Positions 1 to 11,095 of a stretch of 64,000 nt of DNA are shown piece by piece (the stretch's first letter is position 1; each line of letters opens with the position of its first letter). The stretch is taken from positions 9,672,001 through 9,736,000 of the forward strand of contig NC_135809.1 of NCBI RefSeq assembly GCF_964213995.1. The letters are read 5' to 3'. The stretch is from Mustelus asterias (lineage: Eukaryota). Made by a program: the position numbers and the translations under genes. Under the pieces are notes generated by a model, which had not been told where the DNA came from, did no database searches, and saw nothing but the letters and a program-made list of their open reading frames with translations.

Positions 1-59
1 TAAATGTTGCAAAGCAAGACACCAATAAACATATTCCCCTCACGTCCTAATGTGCTTTT

Positions 60-1545
60 TTTATTCTTTCATGGGACGTGGGCATCGCTGGCTAGACCAG
101 CATTCATTGCCCGTTCCAAATCACTCTTGAGAAAGTGGTGGCGAGCTGCCTTCTTGAACCACAGAAGTCCATGTGGTGTAGGGGCACTCACTGTGCTATT
201 AGGAAGGGAAATCTACTGATTAGAGAAACATTGAAATGGCCAACTTCTGCAGAACTGTCCCTGAAATATAGTTTGACACCATGGGCTACATTTTCAGTCG
301 GGGATCGGGAATTCGATGCCTGGATCATTTTTGGGCCCTGACTCTGCATCACTGATATTTCACAATCTTTCAAATGTAGTTCCCCTAATCGGACCGGGGG
401 CAAGCTTGACACTCAATTAATGGTGAGGAGTGCTGCCAGGCGGTGGGAGCTTATAGCTGAGTGTAATCCTCAAAGGGAAATGACAGCTATGACTGGGCTT
501 GCAAAATAGAGGAGACAGGAGATCGGAAGGCCAGCAGCCTCATAGAAGAGAGAAGTAGCCAAACAGCAAACAAAAAATTACTGCTCTCCAACTGGACCAT
601 TAACCCTTTATATCAAAATGTATGACAAACATGACTCGATTGCTTCTCTGAATTGTACCCAACAGCGGCGCATGAATATGCTCCAGAATGTTTGGGTCTG
701 CCAACCTGGGACTTGAAAATTGACTTCTGGCCCTCCCTGGCCCTTTTTTGGACTGATGGGGCAGCAATTGACCGAGCTGGATTTGTCCTGTGTACTGGAC
801 ATACCTGGGCAATTTTCCACATTGCTGGGTCAATGCCAGCATTGTAGGTGTACTGGAACAGCCTGGCTAGGGGTGTGGAATGTTCTGGAGCACGGCATTA
901 GTACTATTGCCAGAATATTGTCAGGGTCCATAGCCTTTAGCCATTTCTTGATGTCACGTGGAGTGAATCAAACTGGCCAAAGACTCTCATCTGTGATGTT
1001 GGGGTCATCCGGGGAGGCCAAGATGGATCATCCACATGGCACTTCCGGGTGAAGATTGTTGCAAATGTTTCAGCCTTATCTTTTGCACTGATGTGCTGGG
1101 CTTCCCTATCAGTGAGGGCAGGGATATTTCTGGAGCCTCCTCCTCCTTCATTGATTGGTGTGGCAGGACTGCAGCGCTTGGATCTGATCCATTGGTTGTG
1201 GGATCCTTTAGTTCTATCCATCCCTTGCTGCGTATGCTGTTTGGCACACAAGCCATCCTGCGTTGTAGCTTCACCAGGTTGACACCTCATTTTTAGGAAT
1301 GCCTGGTGCTGCTCTTGGCATGCATGCCTGCACCCTTCATTGAATCAGGGTTGACCCACTGGCTCAGTGATGATGGTAGAGTGGAGGATATGTGGCTGAA
1401 TACAATTCTGCTGCTCTAAATGACCCACAGCGCCTCAAGGATGCCCAGTCTTGAGTTGCTGGATCTGTTTGAAATCTCTCATTTAGCACAGTAGTGATGC
1501 CACACAATATGATGGAGGGATTCCACAAATAGAGGAGGCTCTTCA
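60..1545 (-). mobile_element. degenerate CR1/L2-clade LINE fragments
   Basis: Broken ORF2-like peptides (HISAKDKAETFATIF...VDDPS); the tail at ~60-150 resembles the tails near 53200, 55280 and 59800. Confidence 0.55.
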
Positions 1546-1902
1546 TATTCCACTGTCCCTCAACACAACTGATATTAAAGGCCAGTGCCTTTTCTTCAAC
1601 ATACTCCCCATTTCATTGGCTATATTAACAGATGTCGAACTTCATGAGTCAGTATTTCAGCTTGGTAAAACTTTGTTCAAAGTTTTCTTTCCCCATTGAG
1701 TTGATAATGTCATAATACAATAATTCAGCTTATTAATCTTTTCCATTTCCAATTTCAAACATTGACCATATTGACTGAAGAATAACCTCCAATCTGTGTC
1801 CTTCAGGAAGAAGTTGATTCAACAACACCAGTGACCAAATGTGTTAATAGCAGAGCCAAGAATAGAATTGGCTTTTATTACATGATCGTGCGATAAGCTT
1901 AC

Positions 1903-2689
1903 CTGTTTGCAAAGGAACTAAATCCATGGGATACAATTTGTCAATAGCATCTCTGCAGTTTATCAAGACTGCTTCTCCTAATTCTTCAACTGTCCTAAAA
2001 ATTTCAACAGGTAATCCTTTATTGACTATCTTTTCCTTCAGTTCCCATACCTTCCGTTCCTCATAATGATCCCTACTTTTATATTTGCTCTCTATCATTT
2101 CCCTTTTCTCCTGTGGAACCTGCTGAAGTATATCGTCGACATACTGGGAATCTCGGAAATAAAAGAAGCTGAACCCAGAGTTCTTCAGCAGAGCTGCTTC
2201 AGTAATCTCAAGCTCCATCAGACTGTAATTTTTGTAATCTTCATGCAATATCCAAGAGTAGCCATTTCTTGCTGCAATTTGTATATTCTTTTCGACCTTG
2301 GATAAAGCTTCCACATCCGTTCCACTTGCATCTGGTGGGCAATACTCACCATATTTCTGACCTAACAAGCAGATGAAGAAAGGTGAGTATTTGGCGATGA
2401 AGTCTAATGAAACCTTTAGGTGGTGGGAATCTGTGCTCTGGTGATGACTTCCTTCATGTGATGCCCACTGCATGTCTAAAACTTTAAAGCTGCTTCTTCT
2501 GCTGTCACAGAATTCACTTAGAAGAGGGAAAACATCACTTTTCAAATAGTTTATTTCCTCCCGAAAATCCTCAGATGTTGAACGGAGAAAAACCCAAATG
2601 GGTGGTCGATAGATGGAATCTGGGTGACATGTAAAACATTCAGTGTCCTCTGGCTCAATGTTCCTCAGTATTTTTAGACATCCACTCAT
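1903..2689 (-). CDS. TTC41: TTC41-like protein, first coding exon (DUF4062-like N-terminal domain); gene continues off the left end
   Basis: ACC-ATG at 2689 with an in-frame upstream TAA; motifs VFLRSTSEDFREE, FFICLLGQKYG, SLMELEI; donor CAG|GTAAG at 1903/1902; candidate acceptor at 2970-2969; head-to-head with HSP90B1 like human TTC41P. Confidence 0.75.
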
Positions 2690-3187
2690 GGTTGTAAATT
2701 TTAGGATATTTTCTTAAGTTCTTTCTACCCAAAGAATGAGCACTGTTTTTTTTTTAAATCATAGAATTCTTGTGACTTTTCCCTCAAAATTGCAGAAGGT
2801 GCAAATGGAATTACATGCAGCCATCTTGTTTATGTGTGCATGTTCATCAACTTCTGCAGCACTTCCATTGGAGATGTGAAATAAAAATGGTCCTTTGAAT
2901 GGGTTCAGAATTCCTTACATAACAACTTCGGTTCCACGTTGCTGATATCGTCAGCTTCTTCACAATTACTAAAATAGAATGGAAATTTGTGTTTTAAGAA
3001 ATCACTGCAAATTTGTAACTCTAAATGGTTTGTATTGCTATCTTTTTAGACAACTGTGTATTCCATTTCAACCTAATTAAAGTACTTTATAAAAAAAGAT
3101 AGTGATTTCTTTAATTGCACAAGAACCTAAGGATAAGCCCGTCGAGCCTGCTGCATCATTGAGTGAAATCATAACTCATCTTCGACT

Positions 3188-3446
3188 GCACAGTGGTTAG
3201 CGCCGCTGCCTCACAGCGCCAGGGACCCAGGTTCGATTCCTGGCTTGGGTCACTATCTGTGTGGAGTTTGCACATTCTCCCAGTGTCTGCGTGGGTTTCC
3301 TCCGGGTGCTCCGGTTTCCTCTCGGTCCGAAAGACATGCTGGTTAGGTGCATTGACCCAAACAGGCACCAGACTGTGGCGACTCGGGGGAATTTCACAGT
3401 AACTTCATTGCAGTGCAAATGTAAGCCTTACTTGTGACTAATAAAC
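3188..3446 (+). mobile_element. HE1-like V-SINE, tail type 2
   Basis: tRNA-like head CAGTGGTTAGC...GGTTCGATTCC, conserved core, tail ...TTCACAGTAACTTCATTGCAGT...CTTGTGACTAATAAA. Confidence 0.85.
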
Positions 3447-4487
3447 TTGTTGAACTGTCCCTATATTCCTTGCTCTCCAGAAATCTAGATGTCTCAGTTT
3501 TGAATAAACTTAATTTCTGAACTTCTACAGGCAATTCACACACACTCAATTTTACAAACTTCAATGCGTTGCAAACCAGATCTAGTTATACTTCTTCAAG
3601 TAGACCTTCCTGGTTTAAGCGCACGTACTGACATCTCTGCAACACCGCATTGCCACAGGAACAGAGATCTTCCAGCACAGAAGGAGGCCATTCAGCCCAT
3701 TGTGCCTGAAGAAATGGCAGCACCCTCGGAAGAGAGTAGGCCATTCCATCCTTAAGGTCTACCTTTCCCCATTTAATTATATTGTGGCAGATGTGTACTC
3801 CATCTAAAATTACTTACCTTAGCTCAAAATGCCCACCCGTCCCTTTAATACCATTATTCAGTAGAATATATTTTTGTCTTAGCTTTGATAATTTCAGTTT
3901 ACCCTCAGCATCCACAGGTTTTCCAGGAGAGCATTCTGAATTTATGCTACCAATTCCATGAAAATGTGCTTCTGATTTGCCTGTTTCCTGGTGAAAGATA
4001 AAAATGGGTCTCCTTCAGAAGCCTCACAAACAGCTCTTGGGAGCTTGCAACCAACATCAAAATATTAGTCTGACAGGCACTTGAACACCACCGGATCCAC
4101 CATATGAACTCACCCCAAGAGAATTGTGATTGCTTTGTTCATCTGCAAATGTTTTTGAGCTAGGATCATTAAAAAAAAATCTCTGGGAGAAACATTTTTC
4201 ATATAAAAGTCTTGCAAAAATGCAGAGTGCCCGCTTCCGGATGCTACTTAATATTTGTAACAGCACCTTCAGTTTTTTAAAATGTTTTTTTATTAGTGTC
4301 ACAAGTAGGCTCAGTTTAACACTGCAATGAAGTTACTGTGAAAATCCCCTAGCCGCCGCATTCCGGCACCTGTTTGGGTACACTGAGGGGGAATTTAGCA
4401 TGGCCAATGCACCTAACCAGCACGTCTTTCAGATTCAGTAAGAAATCTCACAACATCAGGTTAAAGTCCAACAGGTTTATTTGGTAG

Positions 4488-4522
4488 CGCGAGCTTTCGG
4501 AGCGTTGCCCCTTCATCAGGTG
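4488..4522 (-). ncRNA. minimal type I hammerhead ribozyme motif (PLE terminal repeat)
   Basis: CAC-CUGAUGA-A-GGGGC-AAC-GCUCC-GAAA-GC-UC-GCG; one stem I mismatch. Confidence 0.65.
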
Positions 4523-5268
4523 ATTGGAGAGTTGGGTTCACAAACAGGGCATATATAGGCACAGACTCAATTGCAAGATAATGGTTGGAATGCGAGTCTT
4601 AACAGGTAATCAAGTCTTTACAGGTGCAGACAATGCGAGTGGAGAAAGGGTTAAGCACAGGTTAAAGATGTGTGAATTGCCTCAAACCCGAATAGTTAGT
4701 AAGATTTTGCAAGCCCAGACAAGTCGTGGGGGTTACAGATAGTGTGACATGAACCCAAGATCCCGGTTGAGGTCTTCCTCATGTGTGCGGAACTTGGCTA
4801 TCAGTCTCTGCTCAGCGACTCTGCGCTGTCGTGTGTCTTGAAGGCTGCCTTGGAGAACACTTACCCGAAGATCAGAGGCTGAATGCCCTTGGCTGCTGAA
4901 GTGATCCCCAACAGGAAGGGACAACTCCTTCCTGGTGATCGTCAAGCAGTGTCCATTCATCCGTTGTCGTAGCATCTGCATGGTCTCGTCGATGTACCAT
5001 GCCTCGGGACACCCTTTCCTGCAGCGTATCAGGTAGACAATGTTGGCCGAGTCTCAAGAGTATGTACCATGTACCTGGTGGATGGTGTTCTCACGTGAGA
5101 TGATGGCATCCGTGTCCACAACTCTTTAACCTGTGCTTAACCCTTTTTCCATTCACATTGTCTGCACCTGTAAAGACTCGATTACCTGTCAAGACTTGCA
5201 TTCCAACCATTATCTTGTAATTGAGTCTGTGTCTATATATGCCCTATTTGTGAACCCAACTCTCCACT

Positions 5269-5303
5269 CACCTGATGAAGGGGCAGCGCTCCGAAAGCTC
5301 ATG
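5269..5303 (+). ncRNA. minimal type I hammerhead ribozyme motif
   Basis: CAC-CUGAUGA-A-GGGGC-AGC-GCUCC-GAAA-GC-UC-AUG; first stem I pair mismatched. Confidence 0.6.
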
Positions 5304-5882
5304 CTACCAAATAAACCTGTTGGACTTTAACCTGGTGTTGTGAGACTTCTTACTGTGCTTACCCCAATCCAACGCCGGCATCTCCACATCATGTCTTTCA
5401 GATTGTGGGAGAAAACCAGAGCACCCGGAGCAAACCCACGCCAGACACAGGGAGAACATGCAGTCTCCGCACAGATAATGACCCAAGTCGGGAATTGAAC
5501 TCAGGTCCTTGGTGCTGTGAGGCAGCAGTGCTAACTGCAGTGTCACCATGCCACCCCATAACTAAAATATAGTTGCTGCCTCTTTGAAGGAACTAGCCAA
5601 TTCAGTCCCAAACCTTTTCCCCATGGCCTCGCAAATTAGTTGTCTTTATAGGGGTGTGCAGTTTCCTTCGAGACGTTCCAATGGATTCTGATACTACTAG
5701 GTTTGTTTCTTCTGCCAGCTCCCCACACCTATCCTCCTGCATATGTCCCTCCTCACACCTGTCCCTCCTTCACTTATTCCATCCTCACATCTCCCCCTCA
5801 CCTATCCCTCCCTCCCCTGACCCTCCCTCACCAGTCCTTCCCTCCTTCCCTCCCTGCCCCTTCCCTCCATCTGATATCCACT

Positions 5883-5919
5883 CCATCTGACGAAGGAGCA
5901 GCACTCCGAAAGCTAATGG
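5883..5919 (+). ncRNA. minimal type I hammerhead ribozyme motif, variant with covaried stem I
   Basis: CCAU-CUGACGA-A-GGAG-CAGCA-CUCC-GAAA-GC-UA-AUGG, within a PLE terminal fragment ending ~5980. Confidence 0.7.
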
Positions 5920-5980
5920 CATTTGCTACCAAATAAACCTGTTGGACTTTAACCTGGTGTTGTTAAAACTCTTACTGTGC

Positions 5981-8900
5981 CTTCCCTCCCCACCAGTCCT
6001 TCCCTCCCTCCCTGCCCCCTTCCCTCCCCACCAGTTCCTCCCTCCCTCCCTCCCCTGTCCTTCCCTCCCTCCCTCCTTCACCTGTCCCTCCCTCCCTCGT
6101 CCCTCACCTGTCCCTCCCTCCCTCACCTGTCCCTCCCTCCCTCCCCTGTCCCTCCCTCCCTCCCCTGTCCCTCCCTCCCTCCCTCACCTGTCCCTCCCTC
6201 CCTCACCAGTCCCTCCCTCCCTCACCAGTCCCTCCCTCCCTCCCTCACCAGTCCCTCCCTCCCTCCCTCACCTGTCCCTCCATCCCTCCCTCACCTGTCC
6301 CTCCATCCCTCCCTCACCTGTCCCTCCATCCCTCCCTCACCTGTCCCTCCCTCCCTCCCTCACCTGTCCCTCCCTCACCTGTCTCTCCCTCCCTCCCTCA
6401 CCTGTCTCTCCCTCCCTCCCTCACCTGTCTCTCCCTCCCTCCCTCACCTGTCTCTCCCTCCCTCCCTCACCTGTTTCTCCCTCCCTCCCTCACCCCCTCA
6501 CCTGTCCCTTCCTCCCTCACCTGTCTCTCCATCACTCCCTCACCTGTCCCTCCCTCACCTGTCCCTCCCTCCCTCACCTGTCCCTCCCTCACCTGTCTCT
6601 CCCTCCCTCCCTCACCTGTCCCTCCCTCCCTCCCTCACCTGTCCCTCCCTCCCTCCCTCACCTGTCTCTCCCTCCCTCCCTCCCTCACCTGTCTCTCCCT
6701 CCCTCCCTCACCACCTCACCTGTCCATCCCTCCCTCACCTGTCCCTCCATCCCTCCCTCACCTGTCCCTCCATCCCTCCCTCACCTGTCCCTCCATCCCT
6801 CCCTCACCTGTCCCTCCATCCCTCCCTCACCTGTCCCTCCCTCACCTGTCTCTCCCTCCCTCACCTGTCTCTCCCTCCCTCACCTGTCTCTCCCTCCCTC
6901 CCTCACCTGTCTCTCCTTCCCTCCCTCACCCCCTCACCTGTCCCTTCCTCCCTCACCCTGTCTCTCCATCACTCCCTCACCTGTCCCTCCCTCCCTCCCT
7001 CACCGGTCCCTCCCTCACCGGTCCCTCCCTCCCTCACTCACCTGTCTCTCCCTCCCTCACCTGTCTCTCCCTCCCTCCCTCCCCTGTCTCTCCCTCCCTC
7101 CCTCCCCTGTCTCTCCCTCCCTCCCTCACCTGTCTCTCCCTCCCTCCCTCACCTGTCTCTCCCTCCCTCCCTCCCTCACCTGTCTCTCCCTCCCTCCCTC
7201 ACCTGTCTCTCCCTCCCTCCCCTGTCTCTCCCTCCCTCCCTCACCCCCCCTTCCTCCCTCACCTGTCCCTCCCTCCCTCCCTCCCTCACCGGTCCCTCCC
7301 TCACCGGTCCCTCCCTCCCTCCCTCACCGGTCCCTCCCTCACCTGTCCCTCCCTCACCTGTCCCTCCCTCACCGGTCCCTCCCTCCCTCCCTCACCTGTC
7401 CCTCCCTCCCTCACCTGTCCCTCCCTCCCTCACCTGTCCCTCCCTCATCTGTCTCTCCCTCCCTCCCTCACCTGTCTCTCCCTCCCTCCCTCACCTGTCT
7501 CTCCCTCCCTCCCTCACCTGTCTCTCCCTCCCTCCCTCACCTGTCTCTCCCTCCCTCCCTCACCTGTCTCTCCCTCCCTCCCTCACCTGTCTCTCCCTCC
7601 CTCCCTCACCTGTCTCTCCCTCCCTCACCTGTTTCTCCCTCCCTCCCTCACCTGTCTCTCCCTCCCTCCCTCCCTCACCTGTCTCTCCCTCCCACCCTCA
7701 CCTGTCTCTCCCTCCCTCCCTCACCTGTCTCTCCCTCCCTCCCTCACCTGTCTCTCCCTCCCTCCCTCACCTGTCTCTCCCTCCCTCCCTCACCTGTCTC
7801 TCCCTCCCTCCCTCACCTGTCTCTCCCTCCCTCCCTCCCTCACCTGTCTCTCCCTCCCTCCCGTTTCTCCCTCCCTCCCCTGTCTCTCCCTCCCTCCCTC
7901 ACCTGTCCCTCCCTCCCTCACCTGTTTCTCCCTCCCTCCCTCACCTGTTTCTCCCTCCCTCCCTCACCTGTCTCTCCCTCCCTCCCTCCCTCACCTGTCT
8001 CTCCCTCCCTCCCTCATCTGTCTCTTCCTCCCTCCCTCATCTGTCTCTCCCCCCCTCCCTCACCTGTCTCTCCCTCCCTCCCTCACCTGTCTCTCCCTCC
8101 CTCCCTCACCTGTCTCTCCCTCCCTCCCTCACCTGTCTCTCCCTCCCTCCCTCACCTGTCTCTCCCTCCCTCACCTGTTTCTCCCTCCCTCCCTCACCTG
8201 TTTCTCCCTCCCTCCCTCCCTCACCTGTCTCTCCCTCCCTCCCTCCCTGCCTCACCTGTCTCTCCCTCCCTCCCTCACCTGTCTCTCCCTCCCTCCCTCA
8301 CCTGTCTCTTCCTCCCTCCCTCACCTGTCTCTCCCTCCCTCCCTCACCTGTCTCTCCCTCCCTCCCTCACCTGTCTCTCCCTCCCTCCCTCACCTGTCTC
8401 TCCCTCCCTCCCTCACCTGTCTCTCCCTCCCTCCCTCACCTGTCTCTCCCTCCCTCCCTCACCTGTCTCTCCCTCCCTCCCTCACCTGTCTCTCCCTCCC
8501 TCCCTCCCTCCCTCACCTGTCTCTCCCTCCCTCCCTCCCTCACCTGTCTCTCCCTCCCTCCCCTGTTTCTCCCTCCCTCCCCTGTCTCTCCCTCCCTCCC
8601 TCACCTGTCTCTCCCTCCCTCCCTCACCTGTCTCTCCCTCCCTCCCTCACCTGTCTCTCCCTCCCTCCCTCACCTGTCTCTCCCTCCCTCCCTCACCTGT
8701 CTCTCCCTCCCTCCCTCACCTGTCTCTCCCTCCCTCACCTGTCTCTCCCTCCCTCACCTGTCTCTCCCTCCCTCCCTCACCTGTCTCTCCCTCCCTCCCT
8801 CACCTGTCTCTCCCTCCCTCCCTCACCTGTCTCTCCCTCCCTCCCTCACCTGTCTCTCCCTCCCTCCCTCACCTGTCTCTCCCTCCCTCCCTCACCTGTC

Positions 8901-10165
8901 TCTCCCTCCCTCCCTCACCTGTTTCTCCCTCCCTCCCTCCCTCCCTCACCTGTTTCTCCCTCCCTCCCTCCCTCCCTCACCTGTTTCTCCCTCCCTCCCT
9001 CACCTGTCTCTCCCTCCCTCCCTCCCTCACCTGTTTCTCCCTCCCTCCCTCACCTGTTTCTCCCTCCCTCCCTCACCTGTCTCTCCCTCCCTCCCTCCCT
9101 CACCTGTCTCTCCCTCCCTCCCTCATCTGTCTCTTCCTCCCTCCCTCACCTGTCTCTCCCTCCCTCCCTCACCTGTCTCTCCCTCCCTCCCTCACCTGTC
9201 TCTCCCTCCCTCCCTCACCTGTCTCTCCCTCCCTCCCTCACCTGTCTCTCCCTCCCTCACCTGTCTCTCCCTCCCTCACCTGTTTCTCCCTCCCTCCCTC
9301 ACCTGTTTCTCCCTCCCTCCCTCCCTCACCTGTCTCTCCCTCCCTCCCTCCCTGCCTCACCTGTCTCTCCCTCCCTCCCTCACCTGTCTCTCCCTCCCTC
9401 CCTCACCTGTCTCTCCCTCCCTCCCTCACCTGTCTCTCCCTCCCTCCCTCACCTGTCTCTCCCTCCCTCCCTCACCTGTCTCTCCCTCCCTCCCTCACCT
9501 GTCTCTCCCTCCCTCCCTCCCTCACCTGTCTCTCCCTCCCTCCCTCACCTGTCTCTCCCTCCCTCCCTCACCTGTCTCTCCCTCCCTCCCTCCCTCACCT
9601 GTCTCTCCCTCCCTCCCTCCCTCCCTCACCTGTCTCTCCCTCCCTCCCTCCCTCACCTGTCTCTCCCTCCCTCCCCTGTTTCTCCCTCCCTCCCTCCTGT
9701 CTCTCCCTCCCTCCCTCACCTGTCTCTCCCTCCCTCCCTCACCTGTCTCTCCCTCCCTCCCTCACCTGTCTCTCCCTCCCTCCCTCACCTGTCTCTCCCT
9801 CCCTCCCTCACCTGTCTCTCCCTCCCTCACCTGTCTCTCCCTCCCTCCCTCACCTGTCTCTCCCTCCCTCCCTCACCTGTCTCTCCCTCCCTCCCTCACC
9901 TGTCTCTCCCTCCCTCCCTCACCTGTCTCTCCCTCCCTCCCTCACCTGTCTCTCCCTCCCTCCCTCACCTGTCTCTCCCTCCCTCCCTCACCTGTCTCTC
10001 CCTCCCTCCCTCACCTGTCTCTCCCTCCCTCCCTCACCTGTCTCTCCCTCCCTCCCTCACCTGTCTCTCCCTCCCTCCCTCACCTGTCTCTCCCTCCCTC
10101 CCTCACCTGTCCCTCACTCCCTCCCTCACCTGTCCCTCACTCCCTCCCTCACCTGTCCCTCACTC
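5981..10165. repeat. ~4.2-kb pyrimidine-rich minisatellite, unit about 23 bp CACCTGTCTC(TCCC)nT
   Basis: Directly visible tandem array; unit length varies in steps of 4; it produces the artefactual 1518-aa and 1444-aa Pro/Ser/Leu ORFs. Confidence 0.97.
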
Positions 10166-10197
10166 ATTCACCTGTCCGAACGGCTGGAGCTTTCCCA

Positions 10198-10211
10198 GTT
10201 GCCATGGCGAC
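10198..10211. promoter_or_regulatory. RFX X-box motif in the CpG-rich TTC41/HSP90B1 divergent promoter region
   Basis: GTTGCCATGGCGAC, 13/14 match to the palindrome GTTGCCATGGCAAC. Confidence 0.65.
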
Positions 10212-10304
10212 CGTGTCCCAGCGCGGTTGTCAGGGTGAGCGACCCGGTGCCCCCGGAAGCGGATCAGCGGTGCGGCTGCAGCCTGAGCCGGGTTGGTGTG
10301 TGTG

Positions 10305-10513
10305 TTGGTAGCGGTGGGGGGAGAGTAGAGACAGCGCTGGGGGGGGGGGGGGGGGGTGTGGCTAGCGACGGTCAGAGGGGGTTAGCAACAGCGCTGGGAG
10401 GAGGGTGGGTTAGTGATGGCCCTGGGGGGGGTGGGTGGGTTAGTGACGGCACTTGGGGGGGAGGGGTGATAGTGACAGCACTGGGGGGGAGGGGTTAGTG
10501 ACAGCGCCTCCCT
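10305..10513. repeat. G-rich ~30-bp degenerate tandem repeat running into the gap
   Basis: Recurring GGTTAGTGACAGCRCT(G)n units. Confidence 0.8.
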
Positions 10514-10713
10514 NNNNNNNNNNNNNNNNNNNNNNNNNNNNNNNNNNNNNNNNNNNNNNNNNNNNNNNNNNNNNNNNNNNNNNNNNNNNNNNNNNNNNNN
10601 NNNNNNNNNNNNNNNNNNNNNNNNNNNNNNNNNNNNNNNNNNNNNNNNNNNNNNNNNNNNNNNNNNNNNNNNNNNNNNNNNNNNNNNNNNNNNNNNNNNN
10701 NNNNNNNNNNNNN
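10514..10713. other. assembly gap (200 N)
   Basis: Run of N. Confidence 0.99.
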
Positions 10714-10953
10714 GCTCGCATTGTATGCAATACACTTGGCCAAACTCTAAATAGACCAAGGTGCAAATAGTGGAATTGAAGAGGGTTGCAGCGAAAAGTT
10801 GTGTGGATGCTCACAATTCCAGGAGCTCTGGTTTTTCTCCCTGTATTTTTTACAGGAAGAAAAACATTCTCCTCTTAGACAGTGTTACATGAATTGAGCC
10901 ACTGATGTTGCTAACAGCCTAACACCCATCCCTTTTGCCTTTTTTGTTGGTAG

Positions 10954-11095
10954 GGAGGAAGAAGCTATTCAATTAGATGGACTGAATCCTGCTCAAGTTA
11001 AAGAAATCAGGGAAAAGGCTGAAAAGTTTATGTTCCAAGCAGAAGTTAACAGGATGATGAAGTTGATCATTAATTCTCTGTACAAGAACAAGGAG
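10954..11095 (+). CDS. HSP90B1: endoplasmin/GRP94 exon 3 (first visible exon)
   Basis: AG/GT bounded; [11 protein letters not shown]...[21 protein letters not shown]. Confidence 0.95.

Larger units (their letters stand above)
4436..5392 (-). mobile_element. 5'-truncated Penelope-like retroelement with GIY-YIG endonuclease C-terminus and inverted terminal repeat
   Basis: ORF 4733-4981 (LRQRMNGH...PVGDHF...EQRLIAKFRTHEEDLNRD); ~5120-5355 is the reverse complement of ~4436-4670; 12-bp TSD at 4424-4435 and 5393-5404. Confidence 0.85.
4290..5555 (-). mobile_element. HE1-like V-SINE split in two (~4290-4435 and ~5393-5555) by a Penelope-like insertion
   Basis: The two halves are colinear across the duplicated target GTCTTTCAGATT. 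Confidence 0.85.

Noticed and set aside
5981-10165. CRISPR-like array
   Set aside because: No unique spacers, eukaryotic context, no cas genes
5942-10498. 1518-aa and 1444-aa Pro/Ser/Leu-rich ORFs (extensin- or mucin-like)
   Set aside because: They result from a stop-free C/T minisatellite open in several frames; the unit length is not a fixed multiple of 3
10375-10513. Telomeric repeat (GGGTTAG motifs)
   Set aside because: Isolated motifs inside ~30-bp units, not tandem TTAGGG
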